A stretch of 53,688 bases of DNA from Patescibacteria group bacterium (GCA_022574205.1 JACZSL010000004.1:1-53688); one strand, 5' to 3'. Positions 26,712-36,948 are shown, numbered from the stretch's first letter. A program made the numbers and translations. Notes: a model not told the origin generated them from the sequence alone.

Positions 26712-27596
26712 ATGGAGCTTGAAGAGCTGAATAAAACACAAATAGTCTTACTAACACTGCTAATTAGCTTTGTCACTAGCATTGCCACCGGTATTGTCAC
26801 GGTAACACTTCTCGACCAAGCTCCACAGGGTGTGACTCGAACAATTAACCGTGTCGTTGAACGCACGATTGAACGTGTTGTTCCTGCTGAAAACAGCGGC
26901 AAGGAGATCATAGAAAGGGAAATAACAATTGTTGTGAAAGAAGATGATCTCATCAGTGAATCTATCGAACAAAACAGTAGAAACATCGTACGGCTTCACC
27001 GAGTTATAAGAAACATCGGAGAGTTAGTATTTGATGATGATGGGTTCCTTTCACTTGGTACTTTCGTAGGGATTGGTATTGTCGCGACCGCCGAAGGTCT
27101 AATTTTTATTGACTCAGCGCTTATAGCGGATAACAAAGATATAATTGTTCGGTTATCGACTGGTGAGCGTCTACTTGGCATTGTTGTTGATAAAAGCGAG
27201 GAAAACTCATTTACCCTTGTACAAGTACCGCTCCCCGAGGATGGATCAATACACTTAAAACCCGCCACGTTTACTACGGATGGAAGCCTAAAGCTTGGGC
27301 AGACCATGATTTCACTTAGCGGTGAAGAGAGGACAAGTGTCTCCATCGGAATCATTTCTTCGCTCATAATAAGCGATGAGAACGAAGAGGGTGAGACGAA
27401 ACTCGACACCATTGTTACCAACATCACGACTCGTGTACTTGTGGGTAGTCCGCTGATTAATATTTTTGGAGAAGTTATAGGAGTAAAAATAACAGGAAAC
27501 GCAATAGGGTCATTTTCTCCTGTCTCCACGCTACGCGTGCAAATAAGCAAATACGAATCGTCGCTCATTCCACCTACGGAAGAAGAAATAGAGTAG
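26712..27596 (+). CDS. Membrane-anchored trypsin-like (S1C) fold protein, catalytic triad apparently lost
   Basis: N-terminal TM; G.GI....G, LKLGQ, G.PL.N..GEVIG; true ATG at 26712. Confidence 0.7.
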   Translation: MELEELNKTQIVLLTLLISFVTSIATGIVTVTLLDQAPQGVTRTINRVVERTIERVVPAENSGKEIIEREITIVVKEDDLISESIEQNSRNIVRLHRVIRNIGELVFDDDGFLSLGTFVGIGIVATAEGLIFIDSALIADNKDIIVRLSTGERLLGIVVDKSEENSFTLVQVPLPEDGSIHLKPATFTTDGSLKLGQTMISLSGEERTSVSIGIISSLIISDENEEGETKLDTIVTNITTRVLVGSPLINIFGEVIGVKITGNAIGSFSPVSTLRVQISKYESSLIPPTEEEIE

Positions 27597-27642
27597 CGTG
27601 ATAGCGTACACACTATAAGTATTTTTTAGTAAAACAAAATTT

Positions 27643-30339
27643 ATGACACCATTCGGAAATTTTACAACAAAAGCAAAAGAAGCAGTTCGCAAAGCACACG
27701 AACTGGCTATTGAACGTGGACAAAACCATGTTAATCCAGTTCATTTGCTAGCCGCTCTAGTACTCCAAGATGAGAGTGCAGTATTTTCCATACTAGAACG
27801 ACTTGAAGTTGACACTGTTTTACTTACAGACTCGCTTCTTGAGGCAATTGAAGCCACAGACAGTTCTTCGGTATTATCGTCATCATACCAATTGTATTTG
27901 ACGCCAGAACTTGCACATATTTTTGAAACAAGCGGAAAAATCGCAACGAGCCTCAACAATTCATTTGTTTCAACCGAACATCTCTTCTTGGCTACATTTG
28001 ATCAGCCGGGACAAGCACGTGAGATTCTAAATCGTTTTAGACTAGATCGAGACCGCATCCTGCAGCTTTTGAAAGAACAGCAGGGAAGTCAGATTACTGA
28101 CGTCAGTCAACCCCAAAAATATCGTTTTATTTCGAAGTATACAAGAAGTCTTACGCAACTTTCCCGTGAAAATAAACTTGATCCAGTTATAGGCCGAGAT
28201 TTTGAAATTAGTCGCGTCATACAAATTTTAAGCCGCCGCACAAAGAACAATCCAATCCTCATCGGAGAAGCTGGGGTAGGAAAGACAGCAATTGCAGAGG
28301 GTTTAGCGCAGAAAATGGCGACTTCAGATGTCCCAGAGAGCCTTAAAGAAAAAGAGCTTGTATCACTAGATCTCGGGCTTTTAATAGCAGGAACAAAATA
28401 TCGCGGTGAATTTGAGGAACGCTTGAAAAATATTATGAAAGAGATCGAACGTTCCGAAGGGAAAATAATTCTATTTATCGATGAAATTCACACTATTGTT
28501 GGGGCAGGCGCGGCTGAAGGAGCAATGGATGCCTCAAATATGTTAAAGCCCGCGCTTTCAACGGGTGACCTTCGTGTCATTGGCGCCACAACACTTAAGG
28601 AGTATCAGAAGCACATTGAGAGAGATCCAGCACTCACACGACGTTTCCAACCAGTTCATGTTCTTGAACCGTCACTTGAAGATGCAATAGCAATTCTTCG
28701 CGGACTTAAAGAAAAGTATGAAATTTTCCATGGCGTGCACATAACGGACGACGCCAATATTGCGGCAGTTAATCTAAGCTCTCGCTACATAACCGATAGA
28801 TTTTTGCCGGACAAAGCAATTGACCTTATAGATGAATCAGCTTCAGCTCTTCGTATATCTTTAGAGAACAAGCCGCCAATACTTGAAGACGCACACAGGA
28901 AAATAGTACGCCTCGAAATAGAAAAACACGCACTTGCGAAAGACGCGGAAAATAAAGACAATAAAAGCGCTAGAGCTCGTATTAAAAAAATTGATAAAGA
29001 AATCGCCGATCTTCGAGAAAAAACCTCAGAGTTAGAACTAAAATGGAAAAATGAGAAAGATACTTTAGCTTCAATAAAAAAAATTAAAAAAGAACTTGAA
29101 ACACGGCGTATTGAGGCTGAGGCGGCTGAAGCTACTGCAGATCTTGTTAAGGCCGCGGAAATTCGGTATGCATCTATACCAAATCTTGAAAAGGAACTTA
29201 AGGTAAAAACAAGACGATTAAAGAAACTTCAGAGTTCGAGGCGGATTTTGAAAGAAGAGATCACTGAAGAAGATATTGCTGACATCGTATCACGTTGGAC
29301 CAGTATTCCCGTGACGCGCATGATTGAGGAGGAGGCAGAAAAACTTTCACGTATGGAAGAGGAACTCAGAAAACGACTTGTAGGTCAAGATGAATCGATA
29401 AAACTCGTCTCTGACGCTGTAAAACGCTCCAGAGTAGGTATTGCAGACCCAAATAGACCAATTGGCTCGTTCTTGTTTCTTGGTCCGTCTGGAGTGGGAA
29501 AGACCGAACTTACAAAAGCGCTTGCAGAATTTATGTTTGACGACGAGAAGGCACTAATCCGTGTCGATATGAGTGAATATATGGAAAAGCACGCCGTGTC
29601 AAAAATCATCGGTGCGCCTCCTGGATATGTTGGATACGAAGAGGGTGGAAGCCTTACCGAAACAATTCGTCACAGGCCGTATTCCGTTGTTCTTTTTGAT
29701 GAAATTGAAAAAGCACATCCCGAAGTCTTTAATATTCTTCTACAGGTCCTAGACAATGGGCATTTAACTGATGCTAAAGGAAGAGTTGTGAACTTCAAAA
29801 ACACTATCATAATTTTGACCTCAAACATCGGTTCAGAACACATTTCTAAAATGGAAAGGATGGGGTTTGCGACGGCCAACGAAGACAAACATAAGTACGA
29901 AATTGCCAAAGAAAAAGTACTCGATAGATTAAAAGAACGTTTCCGACCAGAATTCCTAAACCGACTCGACGAGACAATTATATTCAACATTCTTTCACCA
30001 AGTGCGATTAGGAAAATAGTTGATCTTCAAATTCAACAGGTGAAGGAGAGGCTTCTCGCAAAAGAGATTGAGCTGAACATTTCGCCAAAGGCACTAGAAC
30101 ATCTTGCCAAAATCGGGTACGAGCCTAAGTTTGGCGCTCGTCCATTAAAGCGGAGTATTCAAAATAAGATTCTCACTCCAGTTGCGTCGTTAATGATTTT
30201 AAATGGTATGATGGCTGGTGGAAAAGTGGATATTGATATCAAGGGAGGAGAGTTTATTTTTGATGTCAAAAAGAAAGCTGCTCGAAAAAAGACAAAAAAA
30301 GCGAAAGCTTCAAGGAAAAAAGAAAAGGTGTTAGCATAA
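27643..30339 (+). CDS. clpB: ATP-dependent chaperone ClpB
   Basis: Clp N domain, two Walker A motifs (GEAGVGKT, GPSGVGKT), long middle coiled coil, GARPL. Confidence 0.92.
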   Translation: MTPFGNFTTKAKEAVRKAHELAIERGQNHVNPVHLLAALVLQDESAVFSILERLEVDTVLLTDSLLEAIEATDSSSVLSSSYQLYLTPELAHIFETSGKIATSLNNSFVSTEHLFLATFDQPGQAREILNRFRLDRDRILQLLKEQQGSQITDVSQPQKYRFISKYTRSLTQLSRENKLDPVIGRDFEISRVIQILSRRTKNNPILIGEAGVGKTAIAEGLAQKMATSDVPESLKEKELVSLDLGLLIAGTKYRGEFEERLKNIMKEIERSEGKIILFIDEIHTIVGAGAAEGAMDASNMLKPALSTGDLRVIGATTLKEYQKHIERDPALTRRFQPVHVLEPSLEDAIAILRGLKEKYEIFHGVHITDDANIAAVNLSSRYITDRFLPDKAIDLIDESASALRISLENKPPILEDAHRKIVRLEIEKHALAKDAENKDNKSARARIKKIDKEIADLREKTSELELKWKNEKDTLASIKKIKKELETRRIEAEAAEATADLVKAAEIRYASIPNLEKELKVKTRRLKKLQSSRRILKEEITEEDIADIVSRWTSIPVTRMIEEEAEKLSRMEEELRKRLVGQDESIKLVSDAVKRSRVGIADPNRPIGSFLFLGPSGVGKTELTKALAEFMFDDEKALIRVDMSEYMEKHAVSKIIGAPPGYVGYEEGGSLTETIRHRPYSVVLFDEIEKAHPEVFNILLQVLDNGHLTDAKGRVVNFKNTIIILTSNIGSEHISKMERMGFATANEDKHKYEIAKEKVLDRLKERFRPEFLNRLDETIIFNILSPSAIRKIVDLQIQQVKERLLAKEIELNISPKALEHLAKIGYEPKFGARPLKRSIQNKILTPVASLMILNGMMAGGKVDIDIKGGEFIFDVKKKAARKKTKKAKASRKKEKVLA

Positions 30340-30432
30340 AGACTCGCTCGTTATTGCTTTTAAAAACCCAGACCCAAGCCCAACCGTTTCAAAAGCACTA
30401 ACTCGCTCGCTTACGGATAATATAAGTGAAAT

Positions 30433-30515
30433 GCGTCGGTACTCAAGCGGTCAACGAGGACGGACTGTAAATCCGTTGAACATGTTCTACGCAGGTTCGA
30501 ATCCTGCCCGGCGCA
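30433..30515 (+). tRNA. tRNA-Tyr(GTA)
   Basis: Cloverleaf, ct-GTA-aa, variable arm. Confidence 0.93.
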
Positions 30516-30517
30516 CA

Positions 30518-30900
30518 GCTTGGTCAAAAACAACCCGAATGGGTTGTTTTTGTTACCAGCTGTAGTGTTCGGCAGGATTCGAAAAGCTTTTGAGATAGAT
30601 TTGAGTCGAAGACGAAAATATATCCAAAAGGTGAGACGCGATTTTATGAGCGTCGCAAGGCTCATTGAGGGCTTTTATGAAGCGGCGAAATAAAAGACCC
30701 AATGAGTGGACAGCCTCTGTAAGAGGTACTGCTCCTGTAATGAGAGAAATTCTTACCCGACGCACATAGACAAAAAACTTTAGCTTTCCGCTAAAGTTTT
30801 TTGCTCTATATGCCTATGCAGGATTCGAATACACTTAGCAAATTACTGCGATATATCGCAGTAATTTGATTTGGTGAAGGGTGACCGAATCCTACCCCCG
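30518..30900 (+). mobile_element. Two tandem tRNA-Tyr 3'-anchored mini-elements
   Basis: Antisense T-arm copies 30571-30583 and 30818-30829; degenerate direct copies 30748-30766 and 30886-30897; each unit starts with a terminator-like hairpin. Confidence 0.6.
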
Positions 30901-30949
30901 TGGATAACTGTTCCAAAGAGCATTTCTTAGTTACAATAAGGATATGAAT

Positions 30950-31152
30950 CCCGTTAGAGATAGTTAATAGTTACGTATGATCTCAACGAACAAAATAAGT
31001 AAAATAAGTAAATGTACACCAAAGATAAAAAATAACTTACGGAAACGCCCCAATAGGCACAACACCCAGGTCGATGAAAAGATTTTTAGAAAATAATAAA
31101 CTTGGAGATGCTATTTTAACTTCGTTATTTGGCGTTTCCTATCTCTAACGGG
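30950..31152 (+). mobile_element. CCCG-hairpin element at the pilin start, with a nested 99-bp GGAAACGCC element
   Basis: 14/14 inverted ends cccgttagagatag/ctatctctaacggg; ATGAAT on both sides; inner inverted repeat 31041-31139. Confidence 0.85.
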
Positions 31153-31602
31153 ATGAATATTTTTTCAACATATCGAAACTTTTTAAGCTTAGGCGGCATC
31201 CTTGCCACATTTGTTGTTCTCGTTATGTTTTTGATGCCATTTGTTGGACTTGCGCAAGATATTCCAGGCCTAGACACAACAATTGTTCCATCGTGCGAGC
31301 ACCCAGACACACCAGGATGTAATTTTTGTGATCTAGTACAACTAAGTCAAAATATAATCAATTTCTTAGTCGGTTTTGCAATCTTTGTCGCTGTGCTTCT
31401 TTTCGTATATGCCGGCTTCCTTTATCTTTCTGCTGGTGCTAACGAAGAGAATGTAAAAAGGGCACACAAGCTCTTTGGGTCAGTCTTTATTGGATTTATT
31501 CTCGTCCTTGCATCGTGGCTTATTATCGACACGATTATGAAAGCTTTTGTAGGCGACAATCCAAGCTTTGGTCCATGGAATAACCTTGGATGCGGCGGTT
31601 GA
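31153..31602 (+). CDS. CPR-type pilin (TrbC/VirB2-like)
   Basis: Signal/TM, C...C..CD motif, two TM with YAGF.Y..A, G...VL..WLI. Confidence 0.7.
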   Translation: MNIFSTYRNFLSLGGILATFVVLVMFLMPFVGLAQDIPGLDTTIVPSCEHPDTPGCNFCDLVQLSQNIINFLVGFAIFVAVLLFVYAGFLYLSAGANEENVKRAHKLFGSVFIGFILVLASWLIIDTIMKAFVGDNPSFGPWNNLGCGG

Positions 31603-31643
31603 TTTTTCCCTTCGAATCGGGTAGGATAGCCACATCATGAAGT

Positions 31644-31705
31644 CCCGTTAGAAATTTCGGGAATTCATCGTGGGATTAAGCGTTATTATTTAATTTACTA
31701 ATGGG
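31644..31705 (+). mobile_element. Short CCCG-hairpin element at the rplU start
   Basis: cccgttagaaatt...aatttactaatggg directly before the ATG; upstream ATG at 31637. Confidence 0.7.
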
Positions 31706-32026
31706 ATGGGCGAATTTGCTGTTATAGAAACAGGGGGTAAACAATATCAAGTTGCCAAGGGCGACATTGTTAAGATTGAAAAGTTATCTGGCGAATATAA
31801 AGAGGGGGACAAAGTTACGTTTGACCGTGTGCTTTTAGTCGATAATGGGCATGATACTACGATAGGAACACCATATATTGACGGAGCAAAGGTTATGGGG
31901 ACTCTACAGGAGTCAGGCCGCGATAGGAAACTCCATGTCATTAAATTTAAATCAAAAAGTCGCTACCATAAAAAACGCGGCCACAGACAACCCTATTTTA
32001 AAGTTCATATTGACTCTCTAAAATAA
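31706..32026 (+). CDS. rplU: 50S ribosomal protein L21
   Basis: AVIETGGKQY.V, GTPY, GHRQ. Confidence 0.95.
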   Translation: MGEFAVIETGGKQYQVAKGDIVKIEKLSGEYKEGDKVTFDRVLLVDNGHDTTIGTPYIDGAKVMGTLQESGRDRKLHVIKFKSKSRYHKKRGHRQPYFKVHIDSLK

Positions 32027-32027
32027 A

Positions 32028-32064
32028 CCAAAAACCATTTTTTCTGAAAAGAAAAATGGTTTTT
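32028..32064. terminator. Bidirectional terminator rplU/recR
   Basis: caaaaaccattttt...aaaaatggtttttg. Confidence 0.7.
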
Positions 32065-32096
32065 GTAAAACACTTTTTCAAATAAGAGGTGTCTTG

Positions 32097-32702
32097 TTAT
32101 TTTCTACTGTTTAGTGCATTTTTTATTGTTTCAGAGTCTGAATATTCTAGCTCACTTCCCGTCGACAACCCGCGACCGAGGTGCGATATTGTAATTTTCT
32201 TTGTCTTTGCGAGTTCGTTAATTTTGTCGCATACGTACTTTTCAGTATTTTCTCCGTCTGTTGTGGCTGACATTGCAAGTATTATTTCTTTTAAACCATC
32301 GCTCTTGATTCTTGTAATCAGTTCGTTGATGCGAATTTTTGTCTCTGGATTTTTCTCCAAGATAGGAACAATACCGCCAAGAACGAAATATAGGCCATCA
32401 TATATTTTGCCACGTTCAACATTGTCTAGGTCAACATCATTCCCAAGAACCATTAGTGACGTTTGAACTCTTTTTTTATCTCCACAAATTACGCATGAAT
32501 TAGACACCCCAACGGGTGTAAAGTAGCGCATACAGCGATTGCATACGTTTATCTCTTTTCCCAACTTAGCAATAATAGTTGCAAGGTTCTTATGATACGG
32601 TGAGGGTTGTCTTAGCAGGAAGTAGACAAATCGTTTTGCCTGGCGTGGTCCAATGCCGGGGAATCGAGTGAAATATTCAGTTAGTTTATTGATTGTGTCC
32701 AT
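32097..32702 (-). CDS. recR: Recombination protein RecR
   Basis: PGIG.R.A.R, C..C...C..C, Toprim EIILA, G.ELEY.D. Confidence 0.93.
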   Translation of the reverse strand: MDTINKLTEYFTRFPGIGPRQAKRFVYFLLRQPSPYHKNLATIIAKLGKEINVCNRCMRYFTPVGVSNSCVICGDKKRVQTSLMVLGNDVDLDNVERGKIYDGLYFVLGGIVPILEKNPETKIRINELITRIKSDGLKEIILAMSATTDGENTEKYVCDKINELAKTKKITISHLGRGLSTGSELEYSDSETIKNALNSRK

Positions 32703-32921
32703 CCCATTAGAACATTATTCTTTTAATATTTGAGCGTAATAATATATTCATCCCGATAGTAATAGGACACGGACATTAACTACCATTGCCATGAATTTAA
32801 ACTTTTGTAATTGTTCGACTTTCTCTTCATATTATATTCTAGTGTCCGTGATTACTATCGGGATTAACCTTGTTATCGTTACATATATTCATAATCCAGA
32901 CTATCTTTAATGTCTAACGGG
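32703..32921 (-). mobile_element. CCCG-hairpin element at the recR start, with a nested 111-bp element
   Basis: Minus strand: gggACCTGT-cccgttagacatta...taatgttctaatggg-ATG. Confidence 0.8.
32752..32862 (-). mobile_element. Nested CCCGATAG-type element (111 bp)
   Basis: Perfect 12-bp inverted ends cccgatagtaat/attactatcggg plus a cacggaca/tgtccgtg helix; same length and ends as 48241-48351. Confidence 0.8.
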
Positions 32922-32937
32922 ACAGGTCCCGTAAATT

Positions 32938-34338
32938 TTAGAAATCGTCAGTTACCTCTTGCGCAACAGCATTGGAATCATCAAGACTACTTTTCTCCAT
33001 ACTTTGGAAAGTTACCTTATCCTGATTAAAGTAGAGTTCTACATAGCCCGTTGGTCCATTTCGGTGTTTCTCGATAAGTATTTCAGCAATATTTGGCTTT
33101 TCACTTGCTTCGTTATACTTATCGTCACGGTGAATAAACATGACCACATCAGCATCTTGTTCTATAGATCCTGAATCCCTAAGATCAGAGAGGCGTGGTT
33201 TGCCACGTCGCTGTTCAATAGCCCGTGAAAGCTGAGAAAGTGCTAGTACCGGAATGTCGAGCTCCCTAGCAAGATTTTTAAGTGAACGTGATATTTCAGT
33301 TATTTGCTGTACTAATGATTCCTGGGCGCGACTTGATTGTGGTGACATCATTTGAAGATAATCAACAATAATAAGGTCAAGACCACGCTCACGTTTGAGA
33401 CGACGAGCAACAGTGCGCATATTCATGACGGTATTTCCCGGTTTATCGTCAATGTAGATAGGTGCTTTCGAAAGATCATTCATTGCATTCCTAATCATCT
33501 CATATTCTTCCTCCTTAATATTTTTTCCAGTACGTAATTTCCACGCGTCAACACGCGATTGCGCCGAGAGCATACGATCGACAAGTTGCTGTTCACTCAT
33601 TTCAAGTGAAAAAATACCTACAGTCGTCCCGTGGTGTATGGCGCTTTGACGCGCAATGTCGAGTGCTAGGGCAGTTTTTCCCATTGAGGGTCTTGCCGCA
33701 AGAATAATCAAATCTGATTTCTGGAAACCTGAAAGAATGTTGTCGAGACCTGAAAATCCAGTTCGGATACCACGGATACCGTCCCCGGAAGCGTTAAGTG
33801 TTTCAAATCTATCCCAGGCCTCAGTGAGGGTTTCGCTCAAGGAAACAAACTTGTGCAGAGACGGTGACTCGGTAACTTCGTAAATTTTCTTTTCAGCTCT
33901 ATCGAGCAAATCCTCGATCTCTTGGGCCTCATCATATCCTAACTCTGAAATATAATCAGCGGCAGAAATAAGGTTTCGCATCATTGCCATTTTTTGCACA
34001 ACTTCTGCGTAGTGTTTCACATTCGATGCGCTTGGAACAGCATTAACCAACTCAGCAAGAAAACTTGAACCTCCCGCTTGGTCTAGTTGTTTTTTCTGTT
34101 TTAGACGTGTTGAAAGAGAAAGCAAATCAATCGGTTCATTTTTTGAAAACAAACTTAGCATAGCGTCATAGATGATGCGATGCTTTGGGGCATAGAAAGA
34201 GTCTACAGAGATGATGTCAGTGATTTCATTCATGACATCTGGTTTAATCATAATTGACCCAAGGAGCGCCTTTTCAAGATCGATATTCTGAGGTGGAACC
34301 CTAAGTCCACTTACCTTCCTGCCTGTGTTTTTCACCAT
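32938..34338 (-). CDS. dnaB: Replicative DNA helicase
   Basis: AARPSMGKT, FSLEM, DYLQ, SQLSR, DLRDSGSIEQDAD, KHRNGP. Confidence 0.96.
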   Translation of the reverse strand: MVKNTGRKVSGLRVPPQNIDLEKALLGSIMIKPDVMNEITDIISVDSFYAPKHRIIYDAMLSLFSKNEPIDLLSLSTRLKQKKQLDQAGGSSFLAELVNAVPSASNVKHYAEVVQKMAMMRNLISAADYISELGYDEAQEIEDLLDRAEKKIYEVTESPSLHKFVSLSETLTEAWDRFETLNASGDGIRGIRTGFSGLDNILSGFQKSDLIILAARPSMGKTALALDIARQSAIHHGTTVGIFSLEMSEQQLVDRMLSAQSRVDAWKLRTGKNIKEEEYEMIRNAMNDLSKAPIYIDDKPGNTVMNMRTVARRLKRERGLDLIIVDYLQMMSPQSSRAQESLVQQITEISRSLKNLARELDIPVLALSQLSRAIEQRRGKPRLSDLRDSGSIEQDADVVMFIHRDDKYNEASEKPNIAEILIEKHRNGPTGYVELYFNQDKVTFQSMEKSSLDDSNAVAQEVTDDF

Positions 34339-34543
34339 AAAGGCATTGTATCACAGGAGCATGGATGTAAATCTGCCAACTTTTGTATATTTGTGCAAAC
34401 GCATTGGCACAATATGTGGCAAGGCTGTGGAAAACTCTATTAGCGACGTAGAGCGAGAGAAGTGCCAAGCCCTCAGGCTTGAGCATTTCTGAGCCGAGGA
34501 GCTAATAAAGGTTAACACCTCGAAGGCCTGCATCGAGGAACCT

Positions 34544-36025
34544 TTATTTCCCCTTCACAAGCTTAGGACCTTTTCTATCATCCACTATTTTATAGCCCAT
34601 AGAGCTAATTTCATCACGAATACGGTCAGCCTCGACCCAGTTCTTATCCTCACGAGCTCGATTTCTCATCTCTAGCAGTTTCTGAACTTTTTTGGTCGCT
34701 TCATCCAGGGTAATTTGCTTCTCGCCAGAAAGATTCTCAACAAGTTGTTTGTCGGACTCACCAAACCCAATACCAAGTACAAGATCAAAATTGAGAAATG
34801 TAGCTCGCTTGTCTTCATTTGAAACAGTTTCATCCCCCATAATGTCATGCAAAAGTGAAACTGCTCGTGGTGTATCAAGATCGTCGTTGATATATTCATG
34901 AAATTTTACCTGATAAGCTTGGAGAACATTGCCATTCTTCCTCCCAAGGTCTTCAATAAAAAATCGATGCAATCTAAAAAGTGCAGTTTTCGCCCCATCC
35001 AACGCACTCCATGTAAAGTTAATTTTCGAGCGATAATGAGAAGTCATTAGCCAATATCGATATGCGAGCGGCGAGATGCCACGTTTTTTAAGGTCGCGTA
35101 TATAAATACTATTTCCTAGCGACTTCGAAATCCTCTTACCGTCAATCATTATAAATTCATTGTGTAGCCAATATCTGACAAATTTTTCTCCGGTAACACT
35201 TTCAGTCTGTGCAATTTCATTATTGTGGTGTGTTGGGATATGATCAATACCTCCAGTATGAATATCAAGCTTACGCCCCAAGAGTTTTAATGCCATTGCT
35301 GAACACTCCAGATGCCACCCAGGGAAACCAACACCCCACGGGGACTTCCACTCTTGTTGTCGGTTTTCATTGGGACGCGAAAATTTCCAAAGCGCAAAGT
35401 CAGTTTGATTTAGTTTTTCCGGATTTTCGGGCACTCTGGCGCCTTCCCTTAACCCTTCAATATCGACGTTGCCCAGTTTTCCATAGTTAATAAATTTACT
35501 TGTATCAAAGTAGATACCATCACTTATCTCATACGTATACCCTTTTTCTTCAAGGGTTTTTACAAATGCAATTTGCTCATTAATATAGTCAGTTGCTTTT
35601 GGAAACTCTGTTTGGCTCCATTTTGCGTTTAGACTCTTGAGATTGTCGAAAAATACTTTTGTACTTTTCCTCACAATATCTTTAACACTACTCCCAACCT
35701 CTCGTGCTCTTTTCTCGAGTTTGTCTTCACCTTCATCAGCATCACTCGTTAGATGGCCAACATCGGTAATATTCATTACTTGTTTGACCTCATAACCGTT
35801 GTATGCAAGCACACGCCTAAGGACATCGGCAAAAATGAATGAGCGAAAATTTCCGATGTGCGGGTAATTGTAGACTGTGGGCCCACAGTTATACATCCGA
35901 ACTTCACCCGGCTTTATTGGTTTAAAGAGCTCCTTCTCCCTAGAATATGTATTAAAAAAGTAAAGTGCTTTCCCTGGAGCCTCTTCATTATATGGCTTAA
36001 ATAAACGGCTAAATAGATTTTGCAT
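34544..36025 (-). CDS. cysS: Cysteine-tRNA ligase
   Basis: CGPTVY, HIGN, DFALWK, PGWHLECS, SKSLGN. Confidence 0.96.
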   Translation of the reverse strand: MQNLFSRLFKPYNEEAPGKALYFFNTYSREKELFKPIKPGEVRMYNCGPTVYNYPHIGNFRSFIFADVLRRVLAYNGYEVKQVMNITDVGHLTSDADEGEDKLEKRAREVGSSVKDIVRKSTKVFFDNLKSLNAKWSQTEFPKATDYINEQIAFVKTLEEKGYTYEISDGIYFDTSKFINYGKLGNVDIEGLREGARVPENPEKLNQTDFALWKFSRPNENRQQEWKSPWGVGFPGWHLECSAMALKLLGRKLDIHTGGIDHIPTHHNNEIAQTESVTGEKFVRYWLHNEFIMIDGKRISKSLGNSIYIRDLKKRGISPLAYRYWLMTSHYRSKINFTWSALDGAKTALFRLHRFFIEDLGRKNGNVLQAYQVKFHEYINDDLDTPRAVSLLHDIMGDETVSNEDKRATFLNFDLVLGIGFGESDKQLVENLSGEKQITLDEATKKVQKLLEMRNRAREDKNWVEADRIRDEISSMGYKIVDDRKGPKLVKGK

Positions 36026-36030
36026 AAACT

Positions 36031-36948
36031 TTAGAGCCAGTTCTTGTATTTAAAGAAAGTGAAAAGCAAAAGCATGGTAAAACTCATAATACCAATAATT
36101 ATCCAAAAGTCATTTTCCATTCCTATAAGTGGCAATGTTTGTGTATTCATACCAAAGATCGCGGCGATTAAGGAAAGTGGGAAAGTCACAAACGCCATAA
36201 TAGTAAGTGTCTTCATTATCTCATTTTGCTTTGTTGAGAGAAGTGAATTATTTGTCTCACGTAACTCGCCCACAGAACCCAACAGTTCATCAATCTCGTT
36301 ATGTACTTTGTAGTACTCGCTCATGATTGTTCGTAGGTGATGCGTAAAGTCGACTCCAAAAAATTGATTCCCCGCCTTTTCAAAACTTTCCAAAACACCA
36401 CGATGAACACTTATTGCCTGTTTAAAATCAAGGAGGTTTCGACTTAAATGAGAAATCGCAAGCACCATGATTTTTTCACGCCCATCAAAGATTTCATTTT
36501 CAATTTCCACCTGCTTGTCTCGGATAAACGAGAGCTCATGCTCGATCGCACCGTACAATTTCTTGATCATATAAAAGAACAGGTATCCTGCGTGATTGCC
36601 CATATCGCTTCTATCAAGAATTGAATTTACCTCAAAAACCTTTGAGAATTTATGTAGTGGATCAATAGTATCGTAATGAACAGTGATAATGAATTTTTTT
36701 CCAATAATAAAATCCACCTCCTGATTTTGCCTACCCTCCGAATGCGTATGTCGGATTGCAGGGAAGTGTAGGATCAAATAAATATATTCTTTATAAAAAT
36801 CAACTTTAGGCTTTAAGGTTGGTGAAGTAAGTTCGTCTGCCACAAGGGGGTTTAAGTCAAACTCATCCATTATGAGTCGTATCTCTTCGTTTGTCGGATT
36901 CTCCATGTCGACCCACGTAAGATTTCTGTGTCTATAGCGATTGATCAT
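36031..36948 (-). CDS. corA: CorA family Mg2+ transporter
   Basis: N.IMK.LT, IFGMN, two C-terminal TMs. Confidence 0.9.
   Translation of the reverse strand: MINRYRHRNLTWVDMENPTNEEIRLIMDEFDLNPLVADELTSPTLKPKVDFYKEYIYLILHFPAIRHTHSEGRQNQEVDFIIGKKFIITVHYDTIDPLHKFSKVFEVNSILDRSDMGNHAGYLFFYMIKKLYGAIEHELSFIRDKQVEIENEIFDGREKIMVLAISHLSRNLLDFKQAISVHRGVLESFEKAGNQFFGVDFTHHLRTIMSEYYKVHNEIDELLGSVGELRETNNSLLSTKQNEIMKTLTIMAFVTFPLSLIAAIFGMNTQTLPLIGMENDFWIIIGIMSFTMLLLFTFFKYKNWL

Noticed and set aside
34438-34507. SRP RNA
   Set aside because: It lacks the conserved domain IV CAGG-GNRA-AGCA motif.
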